A stretch of DNA of 64,000 bases from Neocallimastix sp. 'constans'. Lineage: Eukaryota. The position numbers were made by a program, and so were the translations under genes. This document shows, in pieces, positions 1 to 13,090 of this stretch (position 1 is the first letter of the stretch; each line of letters begins with the position of its first letter). Below the pieces are notes generated by a model. It was not told the origin of the DNA and did not search any database. It worked only from the letters and a program-made list of their open reading frames with translations. Location of the stretch: contig JBODTK010000011.1 of assembly GCA_050613775.1 (NCBI GenBank), positions 1,240,001 through 1,304,000 on the forward strand, given 5' to 3'.

Positions 1-398
1 TTAGCTATATTAGATTTTTATATTTTATTTATATTAAATATTTATATTATTATCTTATTTTATATTATCAATATCAAACTTATATTAATACTATTACATA
101 TTCATATTAATAATTAATATTTTAATAATTAATTATTTTATATAAATACATGTTTAAATCTTTTGATTAATCCTTTGTAGGATTATTGTAATTTAAATTA
201 TAGTAATAATTATATAAAATAATGTAATAAAATATTATTAAGATTAAATAAAATTTATATTTTAAATAAAAACTTAATTATAAGATTTACTAATAACAAT
301 ATGTTTTAAATAAGAGTAAAATTAAATTATTAATTAATTACTATAATTTGGCATCTTGACCTAATCGTTAAGACCAAATTATCCTAAAAACTTTAACA
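1..398 (-). repeat. LTR-like repeat fragment, truncated by the window start; inverted copy of 30669-31068
   Basis: Reverse complement closely matches 30669-31068 (e.g. TTTGGTCTTAACGATTAGGTCAAGATGCCAAATT). Homology starts at TGTTAAAG, an LTR-like terminus. Confidence 0.65.
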
Positions 399-1540
399 AA
401 TAATAAAATAAAATTTAATTAAAGTTAAAATAAAAATTATATAGTTTAAAATAATAATAAACAATAAAAAAAAAAATTAAAAATAAATAAATTAAAATAA
501 GAATTATTAAAAAAAAAATGATAATAATAGTTTAGAGATAGAGAAAATAAATATAATTAAAAGGTCTTAGAGAGAGGCCTTAATTGAGATTTTTAGTTAG
601 TAATAATTAGTAAAATAAAATAATAAAAGTAATGTTAAAAATGTAATTAATGTAAAATTTAAATAATTATAAATAAAGTATTAAATATATAATAATAAAA
701 TATTTAAGTTTTATTTAATATAATTATTGTGTTAAAATTATTAATTGTTTTATTAGAATATATTAATTTTCCTCAAATAAAATATTGCAAGTCCCATAAA
801 AGTATACGCTTATAAAAATATCGTATCATTTGTGATATGAAATAGGAATTTATCTTGTTTCCCATTTCATAACTATTATGATTTTTATACTTGTCCATAA
901 CAAGTCTTTATATATTTAAATAATAACACTTAAATAAAAATATTTAATTCATTTTTAAATAAAATATTGTTTTATTAATATTCTAATATTTATAGGTAAT
1001 TAGTAAACCTTTAATACAATTCTTTTATAACATAATTCTAATAATCAAAATATAAAATTAATCAATAATAATTCTAATTTTATTAAAATATTATATACTA
1101 ATTTTACTGGATAATTAGGAACATTTATTAAAGTATTATTTCTAATAACTATTTATACTAATTCTTCATTTTAAAGTTATGTTTATAAACAATTATTTAT
1201 AAAATTATTTAACTATTTAATATTTATAATATATTTATTTCTTATTTTTCTTATTAACTTTATTTATATTAATTATTAATTAAATATTTCGTTTCTTATC
1301 ATTTGATAAATTTTAGAAATTATCTTAATTTTAATGTAGAATTAAAAAGTGATAATTTCTATTTATTTTAATAATAACTGTATAAGTTATTTATGAATTA
1401 AAAATGTTTTATTAAAAATAACACTAAAAATTGATTTATTAGAACACTTGTTTTCTAATATTTAATTTTATAAATCTTTTATTAAAATTTATTAAACATT
1501 ATAAAATTTAAAGTGATTATTAAAATTATAAAATTAATTA

Positions 1541-1571
<31 letters not shown>

Positions 1572-4500
1572 TTTACATGAAATATTTACAAGTATTTATA
1601 TTTTTCTTTAAAATTAAACTATTTATAATTTATAAATAAAAAGAATAATTAAATAAAATAAAAGTAATAAAATTAATAATAAAATAAATATTTAATAATA
1701 AAATAAATAAATTTGTTTATTATAAAAATAATTAAAAATATTTTGTTATTTAAATTAATTAATTTGTTATTATAAAAATATTATTTAATTATAAAATTAA
1801 TTATAAAAATTATTATAAAACTAATTATAAAAATTAATTATTTTATTTTAAATTTAATCTTAATATTTTTATTTTGAAAAATATATAATATTTCCTTCAT
1901 ATCTGAGTATTAATGTAATTTTTAAGTGTAATTTATTTGTTTTAATTAATTAATTAATTTTTTTTTTTATTTTATTAAATTATTATTAAACTTTGCTAAG
2001 GTTAGTTTTGATTTTATGTATAATAAATTTTCAAGATTTATTAATTTTGTTATTTATCAATTTGGTTGATACGAGATATTGTAAAATATTTAATAATTTG
2101 AATACGAATTTAAATGTAATGTAATGTAAATTATTGTGGATAAAAATGTTTTCCAAATTTTTAATATAAATTTAAATGTATTCCAAATTATTAATTTAAA
2201 TAATTTTCTCAAAAATGTATGACTAAATTATTTGGACAATTTACATCATTATTACTCACTTTGAATCATGAAACTTTGTAAATTAAAAATAATTAGTCAT
2301 AAATTAGTTAAATTAAAATAATCAAAGAAAAATTGCCTTTTCCGTTTGTTTACAAAAACTTGCCGTTTTGTTTATTTATTTTTAGAAATGTTAGATAGTT
2401 TTAAATAGTTTTTATATTAAAATAATTCATAAAATTTCATGTAATTTATTATTAAATGTAATTACAAATATATAATAATATTTTAGTTAGTTTATTACAA
2501 TTTATTCAATTTAAATTTTAATTTTCAAAAAGTATAAAAAGAGTTAATTTTTCAACTATTGAACGATAGTTGGAAAATAGTATAGTTTAGTATAGTTTAG
2601 TATAGTATAGTTTAGTATAGTATAGAAAAGTATAGTTTAGTATAGCATAGTAGAGTATAGATAATATAGATAGTATAAATTTTATATTCTATTAATTAGT
2701 ATTATAACTATTATTAGAATAGTTATTTTTTTTATAAAACAAATTTTATTTTAAATTTTATTTTGAAAATCTTAACTGCTAGTAGGCTTTCCGGTAAAGG
2801 ACCCTACGGTACCCAGTTAAGTGATTGTTGATTTTTAGAATAGTTAAATTCGATAAATAAGAAATATTAATAAAAGGATTTTTTATAAAACAAAAAATTA
2901 AATTAGTTTTTAGTTTTAGTGTTTTAGTTAATAATTAAGTATAGTGTTAATATAAAATAAATTGTGTAAAATAAAATAGTCTGTCCACACCGACCTAAGT
3001 TATTAGTTTATTTTACAGATATTTAATAAGAATGTAAAGTGATATAATTATTATTTTAAATATTATTGTAAATAATTTTATTATTAATATTTTCTAAATA
3101 AGTTAAAATTAATATTTAATAAGATATAATATTATAAAATTATAAAATTATTTTATTATTAATATAAGTTTATTATAAAAATATATATAATATAATTAAT
3201 TATGTAAAAAGTACAAATTTTAAATAATAATAATATTGAGAATAATAAGATAAAAATTAGTTAGTAAGTTATAATAAAAAAAAAAATGTTGTGTTTTTAT
3301 TTTTATTGAAAGGTATTAATTGAGAATGAATAATAGTGAATAATTATTTTAATAAATAAATATAATAAAGTGAATAATTTTAATAAATAAACATAATAAA
3401 ATGAACATTATATTCTAAAATAATAATTTGAGTGTATTATATAAATATATAATAATTATTATATTATTTCATAAATACGATATTTCTTGATTAATTCCCT
3501 CTTGCTTTTCCCATATTTTATAATACTTTTTAAATTAATTGTATCATGGTTAATACAGAATGAACAAATAATACTAATTGTGCTAGAATAATATAAATTA
3601 TTCTAACCTTATAGATTATTCTATTCTATATAATTGGAACTTTCCAATATTCTTCAAATATTACTAAATAGAAATCTTAAGTTAATAAATCACTAATTAA
3701 CTTATAATTCCTTTTTGAATTGTCGATCCGATTCCAATATAATGTATTAAAAATCTTTAGCCAAGAATATTGTCCTTGCCCACTTAATATATTAATATTA
3801 TATTTCTTTTGTATTATGTTATATTGAAAATAATCAAATCTATTTAATTAGTTATTAAAATTTTCGTTATCAATATAAATTTATTTTTAATTACTAAATT
3901 TAACTAAACCACAATAAAATATTCTGTATAATCTCTTTATTTTTATTTTATATATATTAGTATTAAACTATTATTAAATAATTAATAATTCAATAATATA
4001 TAACTACTATTTATAACAATAATATTATTAACTAAAATAATAATTCAATTTCAATTTAAATGTTTTATTTATAAAAATAATTAGTAATTAGTTTATTAAA
4101 AAAATAGTTAGGCTTTACAAATTTTAATTTGATAAAAAAATATAAATACATGTAATTTTTAGTGAAATAAAATATAATCAATAACTTACTTTTATTAAAT
4201 AAATAATTATATTATTATTTTTCTTTTATAAATTTAAATAAATAAACATTGATTTTAAAACAAAATTATTTTTATTGTAATTATATTATTTGTGTTAATT
4301 ATTATTATATTCCTAAAACTATATGAACCATACCATGGTAGACTCGGGGTTGATTCTTATGGATTTAAAATCAAGCAGGGGGGACGGGTATTACCCTGCT
4401 TTGATTTTAACAAAAAAAAAATCTTTTTATTAAAAAGTATTTATTATTTATTAATATAAAATTTTATTTTTGAAGTACACATATTTAATTTTTAAGAAAT

Positions 4501-5225
4501 AGTTACAATATTTATATTTTTTTATGAATTTAAAGTATAATTATTTGTTTATAATTTAAGTAATTTTATAGAATTATTGAATTAAATTTATATCAATAAT
4601 TCATTTTTGTTTTAATTTTTATAAATATAATAATATAATATTCAAATATAATTTAATTAAAAATAATTATAAAATAAATATATAGAAAATAGTTTTTACT
4701 ATTTTCTTTGATATTTTTAAGTTAAATAAATTGTTTTTAAAGATTAATATAATAAATTTAATAATCTTTAATTATTTTAAATAATACTTGTAATTATTTT
4801 CAAAAATAAAATAAAATTTTTATAATATTTAATTAATAAATTTGATAATATTTAAATAATAATTTTTATAATAAGTAATAATTTTTAATAATAATTTTTA
4901 ATAATAAATTTAATTAATAATAATAATATTTAATAGTTATAATAAATAAACTTTTATAATAATATTTAATTAATAGTTTTAATTTAGTATCTTAAAAGTA
5001 TAATTTTAATATTTACAATTGTATTTTAATATATAAATATATTTAATAATATAACAATAAAGTAATTAATTAAAATTTATTTACATTATTTACAAGTTAA
5101 AATTAATTTATATCAAAATAAATTAAATTTTATTATTAAGTTTAGGTTATCAAGAATATAGGAAAGTACAATTTAGTAAAGAATTATTAATAATAAAATA
5201 AAGGTTATTAATTCATTCTTTACCA
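399..5225. repeat. Degenerate AT-rich mosaic of probable LTR remnants
   Basis: No ORFs. A recurring LTR-end-like motif ..TCGTATCA occurs at ~828, on the minus strand at ~2068, and at 29834. (TATAG/TTTAG)n lies at 2578-2660. Boundaries not resolved. Confidence 0.4.
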
Positions 5226-5230
5226 TATTT

Positions 5231-6060
5231 TGTTACGATACAAATAATAAATAAAAAATAAATAAAAAATTAAATAAACTATTAAGATTAATTAATAAAT
5301 AAATAAGAATAAAATATTAAAGTATTAAAATATATAATAAGGAAATTAAATATGTATAAATAACTAAATTATTTAAAATAATGTATTAATTGTATTTATT
5401 TAATATTGTAATAGTAAACAATTAGATATTTTATTATAAATAATTAAAATTATATTTATTATTATTTTATATTTTTATTATAAAATCTTTATTATACTTT
5501 ATTATATTTTTATTATTATCTTATATTAAATATTATATTAAAATTATATTTTATTATATTTTATTATTATAAAATTATTATATTTTTGTTATTATATTTT
5601 TATTATATTTTATATTTTTATTTTTACTCCAATCAAATAAATATTTTAAAGATATAAAAAGAACAAAATAAAACAATACTTTAGTTCTTCCTCTTCTTTC
5701 AACTTTATTTTTTATATTTTTCTTTTAATTTTTCGAGAATGAAATAGTAAATATTTAGAATTAGTATAAATAAATAATTAAATAAATAATTAAATAAAAT
5801 TAAATTGTTCTCTAGTTAAATCGATTAGTTTTGTTTTTGTGTTTTATTATAGTTAAGGATAAAAATAATTTTGGTTAGTTTAAATATTTAAATTTGTTAG
5901 GTAATTTAGTTTTAATTTAGAGATAAATTTTATTAAAATATTTATTTAAGTTATTTATATTAGAATAGTTAAAATAATATTTATTTTGTTAGTGAAAAAT
6001 TAAATTTTTAATTATTAGAATATATTATTTTTTTTTTTAATAATCTTCAATTCTGTACCA
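5231..6060 (+). repeat. 5' LTR of Gypsy-A
   Basis: TG...CA ends. Differs from the 3' LTR by one visible substitution and a T-run length. Confidence 0.95.
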
Positions 6061-6067
6061 TAAATCT

Positions 6068-6085
6068 TGGCGAGCTATGCAGGAC
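6068..6085 (+). promoter_or_regulatory. Primer-binding site, probably tRNA-Arg(ACG) 3' end
   Basis: TGGCGAGCTATGCAGGAC is the complement of ..GTCCTGCATAGCTCG-CCA, which resembles eukaryotic tRNA-Arg(ACG) 3' ends. Confidence 0.7.
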
Positions 6086-7094
6086 ATGAAGATAAAAAAA
6101 TAATATGAAAATAATAATTAAAAATATTAGATAAATAATAAAGTTGTAGAAAAAAAAAAAAATTTGAAATTTAGCCAATAGAATAATTAGAAAATTGAAA
6201 AAAAAAAAAATTAAAATTTAGCCAATAGAATAGTTAGAAAATTGACAAAAAAAAAAAAAAATTTGGATTATAATTAAAGTTGGAAATTTTATTATAAAAT
6301 TATTGGTAATAATAATAAAAAATATATATATATAAAAAATAAAATTTTAGATTATAAATTTAATTTGGAAATTTTATTAATAAAATTATTAGTAATAAAA
6401 AAAAAAAAAAAAAAAAATAAATTAGTAATAAATTATTGAAAATAGTTAGTAGGTAAATAGGGAATTAAATAATTAAATTAAAGTAAAATTTTTGTTAATT
6501 TTGATATTGGAAAGTTTAAATTTTATAATTAAATTTAAAATAAATAGTATATAGTATAAAAAATAAGATTATTAAATACTGATAAAAAAGTATATTTATT
6601 ATTTTCATTCAAAAGAAAAATTAAAACCAAAAATTATAAAGATTTATATACAGTGTGTAAACCGGTTGAAAATTAATTAGTAAAGAATTAGGGTGATTCC
6701 AATTTTTACTAATTAAGGTTTTTAATCGATCTCGTGAGTGCGTGAATACGTCCCAAAGTAATAATTATACTCCCCACGGCACTTTCCGTAGTTTATCAAC
6801 TATCCGAGTGTTGTCAGGGTTTTTGGACAAGATCGAGCACTGGAACAATAATGAACTTATATCACCGAAGGTATAAGGTCCATTTTACAAACCTTTATAA
6901 GAATATAAAAATAAAGTTTTATTATCAATACAGCGAAATAATTAATTCAATAAATAAATAAAATTTTTTTATTCACACAATTTTAATTAATTCAATTTCT
7001 ATTTATTCAATTTCACTTCATTATCAGTTTAATTTAAAAATAATCATCATTCTATATTTAAATTCATAATCAGGAAATTTTCACTTTATATTAT

Positions 7095-7144
<50 letters not shown>

Positions 7145-7311
7145 ATCAATACTTCTAATTAGTCATTCATTAAAAAGTTAATTCAATAAGTTCAGGCAAA
7201 AAATAATAAAAAAAAATATTTATAGGAAATAAAAAATAATCTATAATTAACAAAACAACAAAAACTTATCCACTTATCAATCCATCCATCAATATATTCA
7301 ATCTTATTAAA

Positions 7312-8274
7312 ATGAAAATATTAGAATTAGAAAGTTTACTTCCCCGTCTTAATGAATACGATAGAGATATTGTTTCTTGGTGTGACGAATTCACAAGAAT
7401 CATGTCTTTAGCAAATATCACCAATCCAATGAGTATACACTCCTGGGCAATGGAGTGTGTTGAAGGAAAATTAAGAGGAATAATACAAGACTTATATACA
7501 ATTGAAGATGGTGTTCAAAATTATCCAACAATTCAAGAAATTAAGGACGCAATTGAGAAGGCTTTGGACATAACACCACAAGAAAAATGCAAACGACTTC
7601 AAAAGTTAAGAATTCAGAAAGGAGAAAGCATAAGAAATTTCAATTGGAGATATAAAAAAATGTATAATAATCTCCCAAAGTTTTACCAAACGTTTATTAT
7701 AGTAGAAGATTATGAAGAATCAATTATTTATAGACCCTACGCAAGATCACAAGTAATTACACAAAGATGTTTGGATTTAGAAGATGCATTTGAAGAAGCT
7801 GAACTTGCCGAAAGAGCTGAAGAAAGAAGAAATAACAATAATGAAGTTATAATGACAACATTATATAATAATCATCCATTTTATTACAACAATAATAATT
7901 ACACAGTTAATCCTTACAGACAAGCCAAAACAATAAATTATAATTCCACTTTTAACGGAAGACAAAGTTACATCAAGAAAAATAATTTTAATCAAAGATA
8001 TTACAAAGGAAATGCTGACTTTCAAAATAATTATAATAGAATTCATTTTAATAATGATAAAGTCAATAATTATACAAACAATAATCCAATTACAAGAAAT
8101 GAATCAAACTTTTCTAATAATAATAATATTAATGAAACGAAATCAACTTATAATAATCAAAAAACATGCTATAGATGCGGTCAAAAGGGTCATTATTACA
8201 ATCATTGTCCTTACTCTTTCAAACAACTTGCAGAAATGGAAGAAAAGAATAATAATGAATCTTTAAAATTTTAA
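7312..8274 (+). CDS. gag: Gypsy Gag with CCHC zinc knuckle
   Basis: 320-aa ORF with CYRCGQKGHYYNHC, located after the PBS. Confidence 0.92.
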   Translation: MKILELESLLPRLNEYDRDIVSWCDEFTRIMSLANITNPMSIHSWAMECVEGKLRGIIQDLYTIEDGVQNYPTIQEIKDAIEKALDITPQEKCKRLQKLRIQKGESIRNFNWRYKKMYNNLPKFYQTFIIVEDYEESIIYRPYARSQVITQRCLDLEDAFEEAELAERAEERRNNNNEVIMTTLYNNHPFYYNNNNYTVNPYRQAKTINYNSTFNGRQSYIKKNNFNQRYYKGNADFQNNYNRIHFNNDKVNNYTNNNPITRNESNFSNNNNINETKSTYNNQKTCYRCGQKGHYYNHCPYSFKQLAEMEEKNNNESLKF

Positions 8275-8295
8275 ATGGAAGAAGGAAAACTTCCA
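8262..8295 (+). promoter_or_regulatory. -1 programmed ribosomal frameshift signal (gag-pol)
   Basis: Slippery T TTA AAA in the gag frame, 7-nt spacer, hairpin TGGAAG/CTTCCA. The -1 frame is open into the pol ORF. Confidence 0.8.
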
Positions 8296-11200
8296 ACAAT
8301 CAAACCAAAAATGAAGTTGTTGCTGTTGCCGTAAGAAATAATAAGAAAACAAATAAAGAAAAGCCTTATAGTAAGACTAAAACAAAAACAAATAAAACTA
8401 TAAATACAAAGAATAATCATAATAATGAAGTTGAAAAAATGGAATTAGAAAATGATGAATTACAAACAATTGAAAACAATAATACGAATGCTATTTTTGA
8501 TATCGATAAAAGCAATAGCAATAAAATTCAAACTGAGAATGATATTTCAATATTACCTATTACAACACATTCAACTGAAACTGAAAGACTTAATGAAATT
8601 GACGTTTCAGTTTTAGCACAACAATCTATCAACAAAGCGAAACAAAATGCTAAAAATCAAAAAGAAAAAGAAATCATTGAAGAATCAGAAAATATTATTC
8701 AAGAAACTAATATTAATAAACAAAATAAATTACCAAGTACACAATTAGAAGAAAGAAAAACAAAAAATAATAATACTGATAAAATAGAAAAACACATTAT
8801 GATAATGGATGGACAACCAAAATATGATATAACAAATGATCTCAATAATAAATTTGCAAATATTACATTTCCACAATTATTAGATATTAGTCCAAAATTA
8901 CGAGCGGAATTTATAAAAGCATTGAGGCTGAAAAGCCCTGCAATAAATAAGAAAACTCCTGAAGAAATCATCTTATCAGTAATGGCTAGAGATGATGTAG
9001 CAACAACAGAATGTCGAATTAATAAAGTAAAAGGAATCGCTTTTTTAGATACAGGTGCTAACATAAATTTAGTTACCAAACAATTCTTAAACAAGCTAGG
9101 AAAAATTAAACCAGTGGGATATGTAAAAAATAATATTGTCCAAGTCTTATCAAAAGAAAATGTGTATACAGAGATATATTTATTAAATGTTAATATTGGA
9201 AAGTTAAATTTACACGATATTTTTAGAGTTATTGATAGTAAACATAATTTATTTGATATTTTAATTGGTTATGGAACACTTAAAGATAATAATTTATTTA
9301 TAAACCCAATAAATAATTCTCTATGTCTTATGAAAGAAAATAATTCATGGAAATGTTTAACAAAACTTGGAAAAGAAAATAATGAAGATGTTATTAACGA
9401 TGATGAAGAAGATGAATCAATAAATACAGATGATAAATCTAATTCTGATATTAATAACAATTCTTATTTATACTGCCTTATTAATGAAAATAAAGATGAA
9501 AATAATAATAAATTGTTAGAAAACCATAATGAAGAATTAAATACTATAAATAATAATAATGATAGCAAAGTTAATAATAAAATTGATGAAGATGAAAATA
9601 AAAAGGCGACTTTACTACAAAACATTATAATTGAAATTCCCAATAAAAATAAAAAGAAGGATAGAAAATTATTAAAAGAATTTTCCACTATTTTTGCAAC
9701 AAAAATCGAAGAACTTCAACCGACAAAATTATTACCACACAGAATTCATTTAGTAGATAATGCCAAACCAATAAAACAACGATGTTATAGGCTTTCTAGG
9801 GTTCAAGCTAAAGCACTTAAAGTTGAATTAGAAAAACTTATAAATAACAAGTTAATTGAACCTTCCAATTCTCCCTGGTCCTCTCCAGTTATATTAGTAC
9901 TAAAAAAGAATAAGAAATGGAGATTGTGTGTGGACTTTAGGAAATTAAACACCGTCACAATAAAAGATGCCTATGCATTACCTTTAATCGATGAAATATT
10001 ATTTTCAATTGGAACTGAGGTTAAAGTGTTCACTACAATCGATTTATTTTCTGGTTTTCATCAGATTCCAATGTATAAAGACGATATACCTAAAACAAGT
10101 TTCACCACTATGTATGGCAATTACCAGTTTCGAGTAATGCCTTTTGGATTATGTAATGCTCCCGGAACCTTCCAAAGGGAAATGAATAGGATATTTCTAT
10201 CACTTATTGGAATTTGTATGTTTGTCTACGTTGATGATTTAGTTGTATTTTCTCCTTCTATTGAACAACATATAGAGGATCTCAATAAAGTATTCAACAT
10301 CATTAAAGAAAATAACTTAAAAATTAATTTAGAAAAATGCAACTTCTTCAAAGAAAAAGTCAATTTATTAGGTTATACTTTATCAATTAATGGAATTTCC
10401 CCTATACAAGAAAAAATTCAGGTTATTTTAGAATGGATTCCACCAAGAAATATCACTCAATTACAATCCTTTATTGGTGCAGTCGGCTATTATCGAAAGT
10501 TTATATTCAACTTTGCTAATATTGCTAAACCATTGTTCAAATTATGTAAGAAAGGTGTTAAATTTATATGGGATAAAGAACAAGATGATAGTTTCAATGA
10601 ATTAAAAATTAAGTTAGCTTCTGCACCTATTTTAACTATGCCTAATTTTGATAAACAATTTATTATCCGTACTGACGCTTCTTATGATGGTATTGAAGGA
10701 GTTCTCCTTCAAAAAGATGAAAACAACATTGAAAAACCTATTCATTTTGTAAGTCGCTCTTTAAAGCAGGCGGAGAAGAATTATGCAATAACAGATCTTG
10801 AGGGTACAGCCGCGACTTACTGTGTTACAAAATTTAAGTCTTATATTGCTGGAAATAAGTATGAAACACTTCTTTACACAGACCACAAGCCATTAGTAGG
10901 ATTATTCAAAAACAAAGAAACCAATAATTCTAGGCAAACACGTTGGGTTTTACTTCTTTCGATGTTAAAAGTTAAAGTATTATATGAACCAGGAAAAAAG
11001 AATGTTATAGCAGATGCATTATCCAGACTACATACTGAGCATAATAAAATTATAAGTACCATAACAAGTGAAATAGGTGAAAATAATTCAAATAATTTAC
11101 TTTCTTGTTATAAAGACAAATTCATAGTAATTAATAATGAAGAATATTTTAAAGATGATCGTAAACAAGACGAAAAAGTTGATTTAATATTAAAAGCACA

Positions 11201-12239
11201 TAAAATTGGTCACGAAGGTGTATTTAAAACCTATAATAGACTTAAACGTGACTATCATTAGACTAATATGATTCTTGATGTTAAGTATATTGTAAAAACC
11301 TGTGAAAGATGCCAATTATTTAGACCCCAGTCATTTAACTATCAAACAGAAGACATTGCTACTAAACCAGGATTACCGTTTTCAAGAGTTGGTTTAGATA
11401 TTATAGGCCCACTCCCAACAACAAAGAAAGGAAATAAATATATATTAGTCTTAGTTGATTATCTAACAAAATGGGTTGAAGCAAAACCAAAACAAAATAT
11501 TGAATCCGATGATGTAATTGAATTTTTATCTGATATTTTTGCTCGATTTGGAATACCTGAAGTAATCGTAACTGATAATGGTCCACAATTCTGCTCCGAT
11601 AAAACAAAAGCATTTCTTGATTTATATGGCGTTTTCGTTCAATTTGTTGCTACTTATCATCCTGAGTCAAATGGTGAAGTTGAAAATCGCAATAAAGAAA
11701 TTGGAAAATACTTAAGATTATTATGCAACAAAAACACTTCTATATGGGATGAAATATTACCAAGTGCGTTATGGGCCTTACGTACTTGTAAAAATGAAAC
11801 AACAAAATTTTCAAGTTTTGAATTGTTGTATGGTCGTCGTGACCTTCAACCATTTGAATTAATGTTGAACTTAGACAAAAAGGAAAATTATGAAAGCGAA
11901 GATGAATTTTTAATTAGAAGGTTTACTACTCATTATAAATGGATAAAAGAAGCCATAAGCAATATTTAAACTGCCAATAAAATATGGGAAGATAGAAGAA
12001 AACAAGTTAAAAGACTTAAAGCAGAATATAAACCTGGTGACTTAGTATTAGTTAAATATATAAACAGAAGAAAACTTGATCCTTATTTCTTAGGACCAAT
12101 GAAAATAGTTAAAAATCAATTTAACACAGTAACGCTTTGTGATCCAGTTACTAATGAAATAGCCGAAAGAAATGTGCATTTAAAGAATATCGTTCCGTAT
12201 AGATTATGTGAAATTGAGACTTCAAGGGACGAAGTCTGA
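8262..12239 (+). pseudogene. pol: Gypsy Pol (protease, RT, RNase H, integrase) with two in-frame stops
   Basis: FLDTGA, WRLCVDFR, MPFGLCNAP, YVDD, RTDAS, HHCC and DDE integrase motifs. TAG at 11259-11261 (expected W) and TAA at 11967-11969; the frame continues to TGA at 12239. Confidence 0.93.
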
Positions 12240-12256
12240 TCTTAGGGGTGGCATCA

Positions 12257-13084
12257 TGTTACGATACAAATAATAAATAAAAAATAAATAAAAAATTAAA
12301 TAAACTATTAAGATTAATTAATAAATAAATAAGAATAAAATATTAAAGTATTAAAATATATAATAAGGAAATTAAATATGTATAAATAACTAAATTATTT
12401 AAAATAATGTATTAATTGTATTTATTTAATATTGTAATAGTAAACAATTAGATATTTTATTATAAATAATTAAAATTATATTTATTATTATTTTATATTT
12501 TTATTATAAAATCTTTATTATACTTTATTATATTTTTATTATTATCTTATATTAAATATTATATTAAAATTATATTTTATTATATTTTATTATTATAAAA
12601 TTATTATATTTTTGTTATTATATTTTTATTATATTTTATATTTTTATTTTTACTCCAATCAAATAAATGTTTTAAAGATATAAAAAGAACAAAATAAAAC
12701 AATACTTTAGTTCTTCCTCTTCTTTCAACTTTATTTTTATATTTTTCTTTTAATTTTTCGAGAATGAAATAGTAAATATTTAGAATTAGTATAAATAAAT
12801 AATTAAATAAATAATTAAATAAAATTAAATTGTTCTCTAGTTAAATCGATTAGTTTTGTTTTTGTGTTTTATTATAGTTAAGGATAAAAATAATTTTGGT
12901 TAGTTTAAATATTTAAATTTGTTAGGTAATTTAGTTTTAATTTAGAGATAAATTTTATTAAAATATTTATTTAAGTTATTTATATTAGAATAGTTAAAAT
13001 AATATTTATTTTGTTAGTGAAAAATTAAATTTTTAATTATTAGAATATATTATTTTTTTTTTAATAATCTTCAATTCTGTACCA
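12257..13084 (+). repeat. 3' LTR of Gypsy-A
   Basis: Direct repeat of 5231-6060, preceded by the PPT. Confidence 0.95.
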
Positions 13085-13090
13085 ATTTTG

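Larger units (their letters stand above)
5231..13084 (+). mobile_element. Full-length Ty3/Gypsy LTR retrotransposon (Gypsy-A), recent but with stops in pol
   Basis: Near-identical LTRs 5231-6060 and 12257-13084 (TGTTACG...GTACCA), 4-bp TSD ATTT, PBS at 6068, PPT AGGGGTGG at 12244, gag then PR-RT-RH-IN order. Confidence 0.97.

Noticed and set aside
11259..11261. Programmed stop read-through in pol
   Set aside because: The TAG falls at the conserved Trp of the integrase YYW motif and a second stop follows, so it is mutational decay.
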